A stretch of DNA of 64,000 bases from Eledone cirrhosa (Eukaryota), in contig OZ024747.1 in the NCBI GenBank assembly GCA_964016885.1, positions 63,984,001 through 64,048,000 of the forward strand. The letters run 5' to 3'. The translations under genes and the position numbers were made by a program. Position 1 is the stretch's first letter. The number at the start of each line of letters is the position of its first letter. Positions 12,843 through 27,565 of the stretch are shown one piece after another. The notes beneath the pieces are model-generated. The model saw only the letters and a program-made list of their open reading frames with translations. It made no database searches and had not been told where the DNA came from.

Positions 12843-13795
12843 ATATAAAAGAAAAAAGTAGTAGTGTTGGCTTCACGCTCACAATAATTTCTATACTTTC
12901 ATTTATATATATATACATACATGTACACACACAGTAAATTTTAATTTACTAAGAGAAAATAATTCAATTGGGCCATTGGCAAGAAATTTGATAATTGTAT
13001 TAAGGAATATGGGTGTGACACATGTCATGTATGACACATTATTAATTTATTGAAATTATGGTTTCAGATAGAGATGATAGCAACGATTATTAGCAACTCA
13101 GAGAATTAAGTATAAATTCACATGATTGGGAAAAGGTATATGGACCCAAAGACAGACAGATACATAATGTATTGTTATATCATTGCCTGTGGAGAGTAAC
13201 AATGAGAGATAGAGAATGTGCGTGTGTTAAACAGAACTATTTAACAAATAGAAAAAGTGAATTTTTTTGAAACAAATTGAATTACAAAGACATTGAATGC
13301 TGAAACAATCTATATACATTATTCAACAGAATGAAAAAAAGTAAATTAAGAATGGAATTGTGTAAATGGTTTCCATTGAATATGGTAGAATTTAATTAAT
13401 GCCTGCCTTTTAATTATATACATTTTCTACATTATTCAATTTTATCTATAATATACATTCCTGGCTATTAACGATACATTTGAGATGAATATTCTAAACA
13501 TTTAAGTGTGAGGAAATCACATTTAATTTCTGTGTGTGTTTGTGAGTGTGTATGTGTGTGTGTGGAAAATAAATGGATGAACAACACAGGGAAATGATAC
13601 AGTACAATGAAGATATATATATTGGTTTAATGCTTGATTTAATAGGAAAAGAGCCTGAACATTTTTTTTCTTAGTTCTTAATTGGAAAATAGGAAAGATA
13701 AAAGATAAAAAGGGTAGGAAAAAGGTGTTTCTCAGATATGAGATTCTAAGTGATTATATATTTAATGACTAATTCATATTATTTTATTCTGTAAT

Positions 13796-13988
13796 GGTGG
13801 TGGATTGGCAGTATCGGTAGAGAGTCGGACGCCATGCTTTGATGCATAGACTTACGGCCCTTGCCATTCTGAGTTCAAATCCCGCCAACATTAACTTTGC
13901 CTTTCATCCTTATGGGGTCGATAAAATAAAGTACCAGTAATGCACTGGTTATTTTGCTGGCCTTGTGCCAAAAGTAGAAACAATTATC
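13796..13988 (+). mobile_element. SINE family A, followed by a degenerate partial copy to about 14095
   Basis: Matches 3977-4170. Confidence 0.92.
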
Positions 13989-14715
13989 ATTAGGGTTGGC
14001 AGTCATTAGGGGGTCAGATATAATGCTCTCTATGTTCTGAGTTCAAATCCCACTGAGCTCAACTTTGCCTTTCATCCTTTGGGCTCGATAAAACAAACAA
14101 TTAGAATACGCAACAAACCCCTATTTTACATATCAAAGTTAGCTTGGTACAAGTAATTGGAATTTACAAGTTATACATACAGGTATTAGATTCAAAAATT
14201 CTAACCATCCTAAAACTAAAAAGCCCAGCTGAGGGCACAAATAAATTGCTACGCCCGTCGCTGGTGCCCCCCCCCCCCCACTGCAGAGGATCAGAGCAAT
14301 TGGACTCTTTGCTCCCATCATCAAATCTGCCCCTGACTGTGGCCATGCTGGGACACAAGCGTTTTTAATCAGTTATTTATGTTCTACTTGCCCAAACCCC
14401 AGTCCTTATTTTGGTTCTGATTTTAGCATTCTTTGATAATTGTTCAGATTTACATTTGTTTAGTTCTGTAAATACTCTTACATCGATAATCACACACACA
14501 TGCAGATACACAAGCTGCTAAAACAGCATTTGCCAACACTACACCAGATATTTCGCCTCCATACACATGCACATGTGTGTGGTGTGTCTGTGTGTATATC
14601 ATGATTCATACACTGTTTACTTTCCTGACTTTTGTACATTGTTCTATGTAATATACATGCACCTTTGATGAATTGTAGTGCACCTGAGCCCTGTACACAA
14701 TCATTTTTATTATTA

Positions 14716-14748
<33 letters not shown>

Positions 14749-15045
14749 GGGCGGTGGATTGGCAGTATCAGTAGAGGGTCGGATGCCATGCTTTCCAGCA
14801 TAGTTACGTCCCTTTACAATCTGAGTTCAAATCCCGCCGAGGTTGACTTTGCCTTTCATCCTTACGGGGTCGATAAAATAAAGTACCAGTAATGCACTGA
14901 TAATTGCTGTCCTTGTGCCTAAAGTAGAAACAATTATTATTATTATTATTGTTAACTTTGCCTTTCATCCTTACGGGGTCGATAAAATAAAGTACCAGTA
15001 ATGTACTGGGTAATTGCTGGCCTTGTGCCAGTAGAAACAATTATT
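14749..15045 (+). mobile_element. SINE family A with a tandemly repeated 3' half, inserted in (ATT)n
   Basis: Full copy 14749-14940, second 3' half 14951-15045. Confidence 0.9.
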
Positions 15046-15628
15046 ATTATTATTGTTATTCTTGGAGTCTCAGTCATTGATGTCATTAACTGGAACGTTT
15101 GTTCAAATGAACATCAAGCTGTTAACTGCAGCCTCAGATATTCAGGACATATCGGAGGGTTCTTGCTGTTCCCAGCAAGCATGTTTTTTGAAGTGTTCCA
15201 AAAAAGGGCCTGAACTAGTGTTCTTTAACCATCCTTTACCGTATTTCTATGCTAGCATGGATTGGACAAGTTGTGGTTTGAGATTAAATAAGTTGGGGCA
15301 CCATTACTTACTTGCACTTTACATAGTGTTAATGTTTGGATGTCCTTCCTAATGGCAAACATTTTACAGATTACCTTTAGAAGAGTCTATTCTGTTGTAA
15401 GTATTAAAAGTATATCTCATGTCAAAGGGTCACCAATCAGCAGCATATTTTTCACTTTCTTTTCTCTCACCAGAATGTTGCTTATTTGTTAAATATCAAA
15501 TTTTATATGTATATATAAATATGTATATATATGTGTGTATATATATAAGTATATATATAAATATATATATTTATATATCAGATACACAGCTCAGCGTAAG
15601 ACTGTTTATTAGCTATATATGTGTATAT

Positions 15629-16060
15629 GGAGGCACATGGCTTAGTGGTTAGAGCATTGGCCTTGCAATCGAAAGGTTGTGAGTTCAATTCTCAGACCGG
15701 ATGATGTGTTGTTTCCTTGAGCAAGACACTTTATTTCACATTGCCCCAGTTTACTCAGCTGTAGAAATGAGATGATAGGACTGGGGTCCCTATCATTCCA
15801 CTGAAAGTGGTCGAGGAGGTGCCACAGCAAAAAAGCACCCAGCCCACAGTGTAAAGTGGACGTGTAGGCGCCATGGAAAAAAGCACCCAGCACTCACTGT
15901 AAATGAGGTTGGTGTTAGGAAGGGGATCCAGCTGTAGAAATCAAGCCAGAATCAGTTCCTGTCCCACCCTTGCAAGCAGAAAAAAGCGGACGTAAAATGA
16001 TGATGATGATATATATGCAAGCAGGGAAAAGCGGACGTAAAATGATGATGATGATGATGA
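15629..16060 (+). mobile_element. SINE family B with two internal 48-bp units and a duplicated tail
   Basis: Matches other B copies; the tail tgcaagcag...cggacgtaaaatgatg occurs twice. Confidence 0.92.
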
Positions 16061-16544
16061 TATATATATATATTGGAAAATGTGTGAAATTCTTGGTACA
16101 GTTAGGTATATTTAAACAAAGGAAAACCAAATTGTAAAATTATAACACCATAAAATTAAATTAAATTTTTTAGAACTACAAGTGAAGTCATTCTTTTCCT
16201 TTTTTTAAATATATATATATGCCATTTAAGTTGGATAATTTAACTAATGTGTAGATCTAATAATTCTGATTAGCAGACCTTGATGCACTAAGCAAAAGCA
16301 CTGAATGTTATGCGTATAATCTATCATAGATGTAGTATATGTAGTATGGTTGGTGCAAGAATAGTGTTATGTACCTCAATAAAAAAAGGAGGCTGGATTC
16401 CAAATATTCTTTTATTGATCTGATGAAGCAAGCCTGCTGGGCATAGAAATAGAAATGTGTATTGTGAATTTTGCATCATTAAAAGTATATTCAGAATCCA
16501 GTCTTCTTTTTTCATTAAAGTATCTATCTGTCTATTTATTTCTG

Positions 16545-16900
<356 letters not shown>

Positions 16901-17054
16901 TATAAATCAAGATGGATTCAGTTTGAAACTGGTTAGACCATTATTTACCAGAGTACTTGGGGTAGTAGAGTATGATTATATTATAAAGAGTCAGGAAACC
17001 GATGGCAAGAGCTCAGCTGTTGGGGTACTGACACTTTATAATATATATATGTAT

Positions 17055-17400
17055 GGAGGCACATGGCTTAGTGGTTAGAGCATTGGCCTTGCAATCGAAA
17101 GGTTGTGAGTTCAATTCTCAAACCGGGTGATGTGTTGTTTCCTTGAGCAAGACACTTTATTTCACATTGCTCCAGTTTACTCAGCTGTAGAAATGAGATG
17201 ATAGGGACTGGGTCCCTATCATTCCACTGCAAAGTGGTCATGTAGGCGCCACAGAAAAAAAGCACCCAGCACTCACTGTAAATGAGGTTGGTGTTAGGAA
17301 GGGCATCCAGCTGTAGAAATAAAGCCAGAATCAGTTCCCGTCCCACCCTTGCAAGCAGGGAAAAAGCGGACGTAAAATGAAATGATGATGATGATGATGA
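17055..17400 (+). mobile_element. SINE family B
   Basis: Matches other B copies. Confidence 0.92.
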
Positions 17401-17533
17401 TATACGCATACATATATACACATATATATATATATATATCTATGTGTGTGTGTGTATATATATATGTATATACTGAAGTAAAAGTTAAGTGGAAATAACC
17501 AAAGGTAAGAGCACTCAGTCTATAGGACGAGTT

Positions 17534-17691
17534 TAGTATAAATAATTACAACAGTGACATAAACAGGTACTCAAGTCTTGTTGGGTTTTGGGCCCCAGTT
17601 TGTTCAACCTGCCATGAGAAATATAATAAACCAGGATTTTTATTTTAACCTTGAGTACCTGTTTATGTCACTGTTGTAATTATTTATACTA
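17534..17691. repeat. Inverted repeat with 42-bp perfect arms and a 74-bp spacer
   Basis: tagtataaataattacaacagtgacataaacaggtactcaag and its reverse complement at 17650-17691. Confidence 0.9.
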
Positions 17692-17696
17692 TGTAG

Positions 17697-18515
17697 AGGG
17701 ATGGAAAAAGTTCAGAGAGCTAATACCGCTGTTGGCCACAAGGGGTTTTTCTATAAAAATGAAAGGCAGATTGTATGATGCATGTATACAAATGCGATAT
17801 TACATGGTAGTGAGACTTGGGTGTTGTGTGCTGAAGACCTGCGTAGATTAGAAAGAAATGAAGTTTGCATGCTCCGCTGGATGTGTAATAGTAATGTGTG
17901 CGAAAGGCGAAGCATAAATGAATTAAGAAAGAGACTAAGCATAAGAGGTATCAAATATTGTGTTCTGGAGAGCAGACTGCGTTGGTATGGACATGTGATG
18001 CGATGAAGGACGACAGCTGTGATGCGATGGACATTCGTACGTACATACATACATACGGAGTGGGTAGACCAAGAAAAACCTGGGACAAGGTGATAAAATC
18101 TAACCTTGTCCTCCCACACCTCTCTAAGACAATGAAACTGGATCGAAACCTTTGGCGCCATGCAGTTGTACAGAAGACCCGACTGCCATTGCATACAAAC
18201 CTACAGTCAGTAGGCACCTCTTAACTCAATGTACACCCCACCCCCACACCTTTACCCCGTCCTCCCTCTCCCGTTCTGTCCACTGTATCGATGTCACCAG
18301 AGTCCACACTGTAAGGTGGCTGTGTAGGAGACACGGTGGAAAGGCTGCCAGTCCACACTGTAAATGTGGTTTGTGTTCGGAAGGGCAGCCAGCTGTAAAA
18401 AAACCTGCCAGAGATACTTCTGTGTGAGCGAGACAGTCTCCTGACCATTCCTGCATCAGATGGAACAAAACCGTCTAACCCATGCTGGCGTGGAAGATGG
18501 ATGTTAAATGATGAT
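17697..18515 (+). mobile_element. RTE LINE 3' fragment, degenerate
   Basis: [36 protein letters not shown]; 3' UTR and (ATG)n tail as at 8714-10695. Confidence 0.92.
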
Positions 18516-19001
18516 ATATATATATATATTGTATAACCATTTCATTTAATGTTAACTAAAAATTGATGTGTTTTCAGATTATCTGATTGTTTCTTCATCT
18601 CTTTTCTTGTCAGGAAACTCAGTCCCAGAAAGAAAAAGAAGAGAACGTCAAAAAAATTCAATGTCTACATTAAAAGTATTCTAGCACCAAAACATCACTA
18701 AACACCAGTGAATGGTAGAGGAGAAAGCAGACAAAGGGGCTTTATTATTTCTTGTTTTCATTGATATGGAGACAGGGTTATGCCATATCTGCCATTAATT
18801 ATAGCAAAACAAAACACAAAATAAAATATAAGAAAACACCAAAAAACAATTCCTTCAAATATGGTTGTTATAGTTATTGTTTGTAATGGAATCTAATTCT
18901 TTTTGTGTTTAGAGACACTGACTGCAAAAAGTATATGGAATATGATATGATATAATATAATATAGTATAATTTTTATATGTATGTATACACACACACACA
19001 C

Positions 19002-19057
<56 letters not shown>

Positions 19058-20043
19058 GCTGATTAATATATTAATAATACATTAATATATATATAAATAC
19101 ATATGTAGACATCATATATTTATATATCATATATATATGTGTATTTATATATATATATATACATATGTATGTATATATCATATATATTTACATCATATAT
19201 ATATATATCATATATATATCTATCATATACATACATCATATACATCTATCTGTCATATATATCATATGTATATATATATACATACATATATATATATATA
19301 CACACACTCACACACACACACACACATACATGCATACACAAGCACACTATACTATGTAATATAAAGATAATATATTGAATGCATTGATTAATAGATTTAT
19401 AAAAAACCCATTAAATTTATATTTGTATTATTTACAAATAAATAAATAATAATAGTTATGTGATTTGAAGATTTATGCGAAAAAATTAATAACCATTCTC
19501 TTGCATTACATAATTATTCAATAACTTTCATTGCAGTGATTTTTGATTTTTCACTTTTACATTGGCACACAAGTTTCTATAAAGTGCTGGTTCCATTGCA
19601 CCATTGATAATTTTCTAAGAATGTTTCCTTTGATCAAAACAATCTCGATTCTGCTGATTATGTTTACTGATTTGTCTGAGAGAAGGGGAAGTAATAAAAA
19701 AAAGACAAATAGGAGTTGAAGAGAGAAAGAATTTAAATGAAATACAGATGTGAATTTACGGAACAAAGCAAAACAAATCAAATATTGGTTGTTGGTGTGT
19801 GGTACTTCCATTTGTTCTGCTGATAATTATTTCAGTTGTTATGAAGAGTATAAATATAATGTGTAAGTGGCTGAGCATTGCACATGGATGTCGTTAAAGT
19901 AATTTTCAAGGATATTTTGTGGGACAAAGTGTTTGAGAAGATGGGGCCTTTGAACAACAAGTAAAATATGTGAAGTAAAAGGTCATGCTGAAGGAGTCAT
20001 AAAAATTGATGGAATCAAACACCTAAACCTAACTATGTACATA

Positions 20044-20074
<31 letters not shown>

Positions 20075-20781
20075 GCACACACACACATATATATAGTTAG
20101 GTTACTCTTTACGTCTAGTTGTAACCCAGTACAACCTGTGCATAGTCGGGTCTGTGGCAACTAAACCAGGAACCCCACCAAGCTTGCTTAGTGAGGAGGG
20201 AAATTTTGGACAACTTGTGGGATGAAAAATGAAACTCAACAAAGGGAAAAGGAACTCAGGAGTGTCAATGACCCTCCAATAAAGTATTTTTTTTGTGGAG
20301 CAAGAGACTCCTAGTCTTCATTAAGACATGTCTCTAGGCGAAGGTCACTCTGATACAAAACCTGCAACTTTGTTTCCATCCAATGATGTAGACCAGTTCT
20401 ACTTTATAGGTAAATGCATTCAATGTTCAGATAGTGGGATTGGCCCTGTGCAAAACTTAAAAAAGCTTCAAGCACAAGCATCACTTGATATGTGACATTT
20501 TTTGTGATGCATGGCATTGTTGGTCAAAGGCAAATCCGAAGCATGACAAAAAAGCCATGTCAATGATTCTCATGCTTAAGTATCAAGTGATGGCATTACT
20601 CAAAACCAACCCCAAATCAGTCCTGCGTGAGCAAAGCACTGTCCTCTAACCTGACTTGTCTCCCCATAGGCCAGCTCGTCTAAACCATGCTAGAGTGGAA
20701 AATGAACATTAAACAATAAGATGATGATATATATATATATATATGTGCAAATATATATATGTGTATATATATATATATATA

Positions 20782-20820
<39 letters not shown>

Positions 20821-20852
20821 GCATGCATATATATGTGTATATATATATATGC

Positions 20853-21258
20853 ATTGGTAGTAGTTCCCTAAACTTCTTCCATCCCGTTCTTACCCTAGTT
20901 ATTGTACTTTCTGAACACCCACCTCTGCTGCTAATTCGGTCACCTAGGTAGCAGAAGCTGTCTACTGTTTCTACAGTGCCCTCCCAGAGATTGGTGGTAC
21001 TTGTTTCCTGTGGCTGTTTGCTGCTTGCTGTCTCAGCACAGCTGCTGCATGTGAAGCCTACATTCTTAATTAAGCTTTCTGAGATCCCGCTACATCTCTT
21101 ATGTACCCATTGTTTGCATTTGGGGCAGAGAATGGAGATTCTACCTACACCTTTCCTACATACTGAGCAAGGCCATTTCCCTGAGGGGATCTGGGTTCTG
21201 TTTTCTCGTCTACTTACAAGGACCTTAGTCTTTGTCATGTTGACTTTGAGACCCTTTC

Positions 21259-21262
<4 letters not shown>
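20853..21262 (-). mobile_element. Internal RTE ORF fragment with a PHD-type C4HC3 finger
   Basis: KGLKVNMTKTK...CSVC...CPKC...HKRC...CSSC...FCYLGD...[10 protein letters not shown]; homologous to 9650-9840; both ends abut (TA)n. Confidence 0.88.
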
Positions 21263-21318
<56 letters not shown>

Positions 21319-21435
21319 TAATAAGAGGAATTCCAACTTTGTCTGATTTACTCGTTTTATTTACAATCCTTTAAAATATATATAATGGTATTATAATGAA
21401 ATAGTATGATAGAATATTAAATTCTAAGTGTTAAT

Positions 21436-21474
21436 TGAACAAGTACTTTCATGCTTTCGCAATCTTCAGGTTCA
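21436..21474 (-). ncRNA. Minimal hammerhead ribozyme in the Penelope 3' region
   Basis: Minus strand: tgaac-CTGAAGA-ttgc(gaaa)gcat-GAAA-gtac-TT-gttca; palindromic AAGTACTT in place of stem III. Confidence 0.72.
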
Positions 21475-21529
21475 TGATATGTGGTGACAGTCGAGTTTGC
21501 AATTTTCAACTGTAATGAGATGGGTAAAT

Positions 21530-21690
21530 TTCCTACCTTTTATACATTTTATACAGAGAAAAGTGGCTCCAGAATGCAAAGCCCTGTAAACTGTATTTCG
21601 ACCAATCAGTGTGTAGTTTCACTGAATTACTACAGCTGATTGGTTTAAGCGTCACGGCTGGTTGAGCATGCTAACGACCAATAGTCATAT
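21530..21690 (-). promoter_or_regulatory. Putative pLTR promoter (CCAAT boxes plus TATAAAA) upstream of the hammerhead
   Basis: ccaat/attgg near 21602, 21638 and 21678; tataaaa twice on the minus strand at about 21537-21553. Confidence 0.4.
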
Positions 21691-21849
21691 CCAACGTATC
21701 AATTGTTTTGCTTTTTTGAAATGATGAAAATAGCATTTTCTATTAATCATCACCATCAACATCACTTTTATTATTATTATTATTGTTGTTGTTGTTGTTG
21801 TTAGTGGTCGTGGTCATAGTGGTAGTAGAAGTAATACCCCTAGGCGTTA

Positions 21850-23189
21850 TTATTGTTCATTTAGCTTGGGTTTGAATTTATCAATAAAATTCTTTTCTTT
21901 GATTTTTCTCTTGATTTCATTTGGGCTGTGTAATTTGTAGAATGGGAATATTATAAATATTCCCTGACCACATGTTGCCAGGTGGCCGCTTAGGGGTATC
22001 TGACGGACATTTGGGTCTCTGATTTGTTGACGGTGTACCCGTGCACGTTCCGATAGTGCATTTCCAGTTTGACCGACATATAGTTCTTCACAATTCGGGC
22101 ATTTAATGCAGTAAATTAGATTTCTGCTTTTGCAGTTCATATTTGCATTTGTGAATATTTTTCCAGTTTTTGTTTTCATATATTGACCGGCGTGTATGGA
22201 TTGACATGTGCCGCATCGATTATCATTGCATTTAGATACAGTGAATGATTGGTCTTTGTTGTTAAGGTCAAACTTTGCTTTTGTTAGCAATTGCTTCAAA
22301 TTTTTTGGCTGTCTTTTACTAAGAGTCAAAGATCGATCTGTGATTAAGCCTTTTAATTCATTACTTTGAGCAATGATCGGTAGGTTTGCTTTGGCAGTGT
22401 TGAAGATATTCTGGTGACATGGGTTGTGTGTCATTATAAATGGTATGACCAGTTCTTGGTTTCTTCTTCTTTGGGTTGTTCTAAGTTGTTGTATAGGTAT
22501 TTTTATAGCCCGCTGTATGCCATTTTCTATAAGTAGAGATGGGTATTTTTGTTTGAGCAAAAATTCTCTTAGTTCTGTTAGGCGTTTGTACCTGGTATTC
22601 GTATCTTCTACAATGGTACAAATTCTTCTGGCTAGGCAGTATGGGATGTTGCGTTTTGTATGAGGTGGATGGCACGACTTAAAATTCAGATATTGATGGG
22701 TGTCTGTGTGTTTATAATATATATCCGTGGTAATGGTGGTGTCGTTTTTGATTATCATTATATCTAGGAATGGTAATTTGGTCCTACTCATCTCTTTTGT
22801 GAATTGGAGAGATGGGTGTAGGTTATTCAGGAGGATATTGAACTCATCCAGAGTATCTAGAGATTCTGTCCAGATGATGAAACAGTCGTCAAGGTATCTC
22901 TTCCAAGATTTTTCAATGTACTTTCTAAAGTCAGTACTATATTTTTCCTCTATTTCTTGGTAGAGTTGTTGTTCTAAGTATCCCATTACAGAGTTCGCGT
23001 AAACGGGAGCAAACTTCGTTCCCATCGCTGTGCCTCTAATTTGGATGTAATTCTTTCCATTGAAGAAGAAAGTGTTGTTTTCCAGAATAAGTTTAACTGC
23101 GTCTAATATAAATGGCGCTGTGAATCTAATGGGAATCACTTCTCTATGTTTTTCCACCCAGTATTTCCACCCAGTATTTAACCCAATAT

Positions 23190-23190
<1 letters not shown>
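21850..23190 (-). CDS. Penelope-like reverse transcriptase plus GIY-YIG endonuclease (C-terminal ~445 aa; the listed ORF upstream of 23190 is microsatellite read-through)
   Basis: [41 protein letters not shown]; linker CNDNRCGTC; [19 protein letters not shown]...ER...H; no stops. Confidence 0.93.
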
Positions 23191-24355
<1,165 letters not shown>

Positions 24356-24748
24356 TGTTTATATGTGTGTCTGTAAATAACGTTAGTGAAATTCAGTGGG
24401 TTTATCAGCTCTAGTACTGTACTTGTGTCTGTATTTCATACGCTCTATAGAGAGAACATCAATGTCTCAACGTTTGGCAAGTGAAGCATCATTATTTGAT
24501 CATGTCTAGTTTTATTCTGCTTCAGTGCTGTCCAAACCACACATGTTGTTTAGTCAGCAATGAGAAATTAAATTAAATTATCTATTGCCGTATTCTGTAC
24601 AATATGTTTGTCTCAAATTATACATAATATTCTGTTATCATTTTAACCTTTTGCCAGTCTGTCTCAGTCTCTAGATTGCGGGCATGCTACTATTTTTGCT
24701 GATCATATTGACTATAATATCATTTCACTATTGTACTTGAAATTTATT

Positions 24749-25153
24749 CATCATCATCATTGTTTAATGTCCATATTCCATGTAAGTATAGGTTGGACGG
24801 GCTGTCTCTTTGTGAGAGATCAGGCCGGGGTACTGATTCGCTCACTCAGAACTGATTTTGGCTTGGTTTCTATGATTGGATGGCCTTCCTAATGCCAACC
24901 ACATTTACTGTGTGTGGTAGGTGTTTTTTGCCGTGCCAGCTACACGACCACGTTACAGTGTGCACTGGGTGCTTTTAGTCGTGACTCCTACATAACAACT
25001 TTACAGCGTGGACTGGGTACTTATTGTCATGACACGTAGACGATCATTTTACAGTGTGAACTGGGTGCTTTTTGCTGTCATACCTACATGACCACTTTAG
25101 AGTGTGGACTGGGTGATATTTGTCATGACACCTACACGACCACTTTACAGTGG
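24749..25153 (-). mobile_element. RTE 3'-UTR fragment with about five 48-bp tandem units
   Basis: ccac.ttacagtg-like motif recurs near 24900, 24948, 24996, 25044, 25092 and 25140. Confidence 0.85.
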
Positions 25154-25619
25154 TATAAATAGTATCTAAAGTCCTTTATATACTCATGTTGCTGATGCTA
25201 TGAGGCTGTTTATTCTAGGTCGTATGTCACCAGTACTTTGAGAAAGCAACACCAAATATCAGCCCAGGGCATATCAATGAATCAAAACAACAGAAGTGAG
25301 CTTTATTTCTTCTTTATGTTTTCTTTTTTTTTCTGTTCAACTTCCAGCTGTCTGTTGAGGTCTTATTAACTGTTGCATAAGAGTTGTCACCGAAATATAT
25401 ATAACAGCGTTTATGAAGAAACAAAGTGAATTATAGCCTGTTGACTTGTACTTCATGTTTATAAATATATAGAAGTTGAGATTTTTACATTTATCTCAAC
25501 CAAAAGACAGCCACCATAACTGCTTTTAACTAGAATTCGGCAGATTCATTGAGTCAGCTACATGTTGGCTAGAGAACGTTGACTTAATACCAGTGATCTC
25601 CATTACTTTTATATATTTA

Positions 25620-25659
25620 TGTATGTGTATATATATATATATGTGCGTATATATATACT

Positions 25660-25691
<32 letters not shown>

Positions 25692-25781
25692 TGTATGTAT
25701 GTATGTATGTATGTATGTATATATATATATGTATATATGTGTGTGTATATATATACTTATATGTATATATATATATGTATG

Positions 25782-25820
<39 letters not shown>

Positions 25821-25841
25821 ATATATATATATATATATATG
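25620..25841. repeat. (TATG)n/(TA)n microsatellite; a similar tract lies at 26337-26610
   Basis: Directly visible. Confidence 0.95.
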
Positions 25842-26194
25842 TGGAGGGTGACTTTGGACATCCTGCAGGACTAAAAACAAAACCTGTCAAAGGGCAAAGG
25901 AGCTCTTAAGAGTCAATGGCCATCCAAAATCACCGGGAGAGATGATCCCTTAGCCTTTGTCAAGGCAGAATTCTAGGAGAAGGAAAACTCTGATATAACA
26001 CCTGCAACTCTGATGGTATCCAATGATGTTGACTTGTTCTTCTTTTTGGTAAATATCATCTTGGTCAAGAGAGTGGGACTGGCTTTGTGCACTGCCTTTG
26101 CTCACTATAAAAGCTTCATGGCACAGGCATTGCTTTATATCTGGAGATCTCTCTGCACTTGTTGTCACATGGGACCAGCACTATGTGTCAATGA

Positions 26195-26337
26195 TTATCA
26201 CAAGTGTAATGTTTGTACCAGAGTTTTCAAGTCGCTGGCTGGACTAAAAAGTCACACACGTTCAGCGCATCGGTATGGGTTCTCCTACATGGATATAAAG
26301 TAGTGGCCGTACTCGAAAACGAGTTGGCAGCCACCAT
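26195..26337 (+). mobile_element. 3' end of an RTE/BovB-like LINE with a terminal C2H2 finger
   Basis: [24 protein letters not shown], then short hairpin actcgaaaacgagt, then (TA)n. Confidence 0.6.
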
Positions 26338-26416
26338 ATATATATGTATGTATGTATATATATATATATATGTATGTATGTATATATATATATGTATGTA
26401 TATATATATATATGTA

Positions 26417-26447
<31 letters not shown>

Positions 26448-27139
26448 GTATATATGTGTGTATATATATACTTATATGTATATATATGTATGTATGTATG
26501 TATGTATTTATGTATGTATGTATGTATGTATATATATGTATGTATGTATGTATGTATTTATGTATGTATGTATGTATATATATATATATATATATATGAG
26601 TGTGTGTGTGCGTATTTTTAAAAAAAGAAAAAAAATCTTTTAAACTTTTAAATGATTATATTTTTAAATTTCATTTTATCTTAATTATTTTTTCTCTGGA
26701 AAATTCCTGCAGTTGATACAGCTACCAGTCATGTTTCAGCTTATTCCTTGTATCCTTTCTGTTGATATGTAAAGAGCAGCATGTGTTTAACACAATCACA
26801 TGCCGCTTTGATCTTTTTGTGCAAATATCTCTTCAAAGTCCTTCGGCAATGGGAAGCAGTGATGTATACACTTGCTAATCTACTTAAAGCTTATTAAATG
26901 TCATTGCCAGGTTTCAGAGCTGGAACTGGCTTGGGCAGCATCTTCTATGACTGAGCAACCCTTTCAAGGGAAAAAACATCTCACCTAAATCTTGGGATGG
27001 GGTCTAGAAATGGTGACTCAAACATTGTCTGCTCCACCAACAAGCTGATCAGCTACCTGCAACTGATTTCTGTTCATTCCGGCAGGAAAAACAAGAACAA
27101 GAATAGAAATTTTCAGAAGAATTTTCAAGAGAATAGAAT

Positions 27140-27565
27140 TACATTGTATGTTGCAACATGGAATACTAGTACACTTCTTGACAGAGAATCATCCACAAAT
27201 TCAGAATGTAGAACTGCTATTGTTGGTGGAGAATTTAGCAGGTATAATATTGATATAGCTGCATTCTCTGAAAATTTAGTGGTGAAGGTCATGTATCAGG
27301 TGCTGGCTATACATTCTTTTGGAAAGGGAAACCAAATGGGGAGAAAAGGAATGGAGGAGTAGGTTTCGCTGTCCACACAGAGGTCACAAAGTGGCTGGAG
27401 GAACCACAAGGCATTGGTGATATAATTTTGCATGTGAGAGTTTTTCTTTCAAGTGGACATTTCATGATTGTCACTTTTTTTACAAAGATTTAGGAGGCTA
27501 TATAATATCAATTCCATATTCGGACACAATCTTGCTTCTTGGAGATTTCAATGCACATGTGGGTC
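27140..27565 (+). pseudogene. Degenerate AP-endonuclease N-terminus of an RTE-clade LINE
   Basis: VATWNTSTLLD, RYNIDIAAFSE, GYTFFWKG, GVGFAV, LLGDFNAHVG across frameshifts. Confidence 0.85.

Noticed and set aside
15629-15705. tRNA-like sequence
   Set aside because: Head of SINE-B; continues into the SINE body and occurs in multiple copies
18613-18701. Candidate exon after a polypyrimidine-CAG (KLSPRKKKKRTSKKFNVYIK...)
   Set aside because: Short, no recognisable homology and no linked exons; not supportable without RNA data
19557-19811. Hydrophobic 84-aa ORF, possible exon
   Set aside because: No recognisable domain; composition explained by AT-rich sequence
26013-26303. Possible host C2H2 zinc-finger gene
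   Set aside because: A single finger followed by a short hairpin and TA tail fits a LINE ORF2 terminus better
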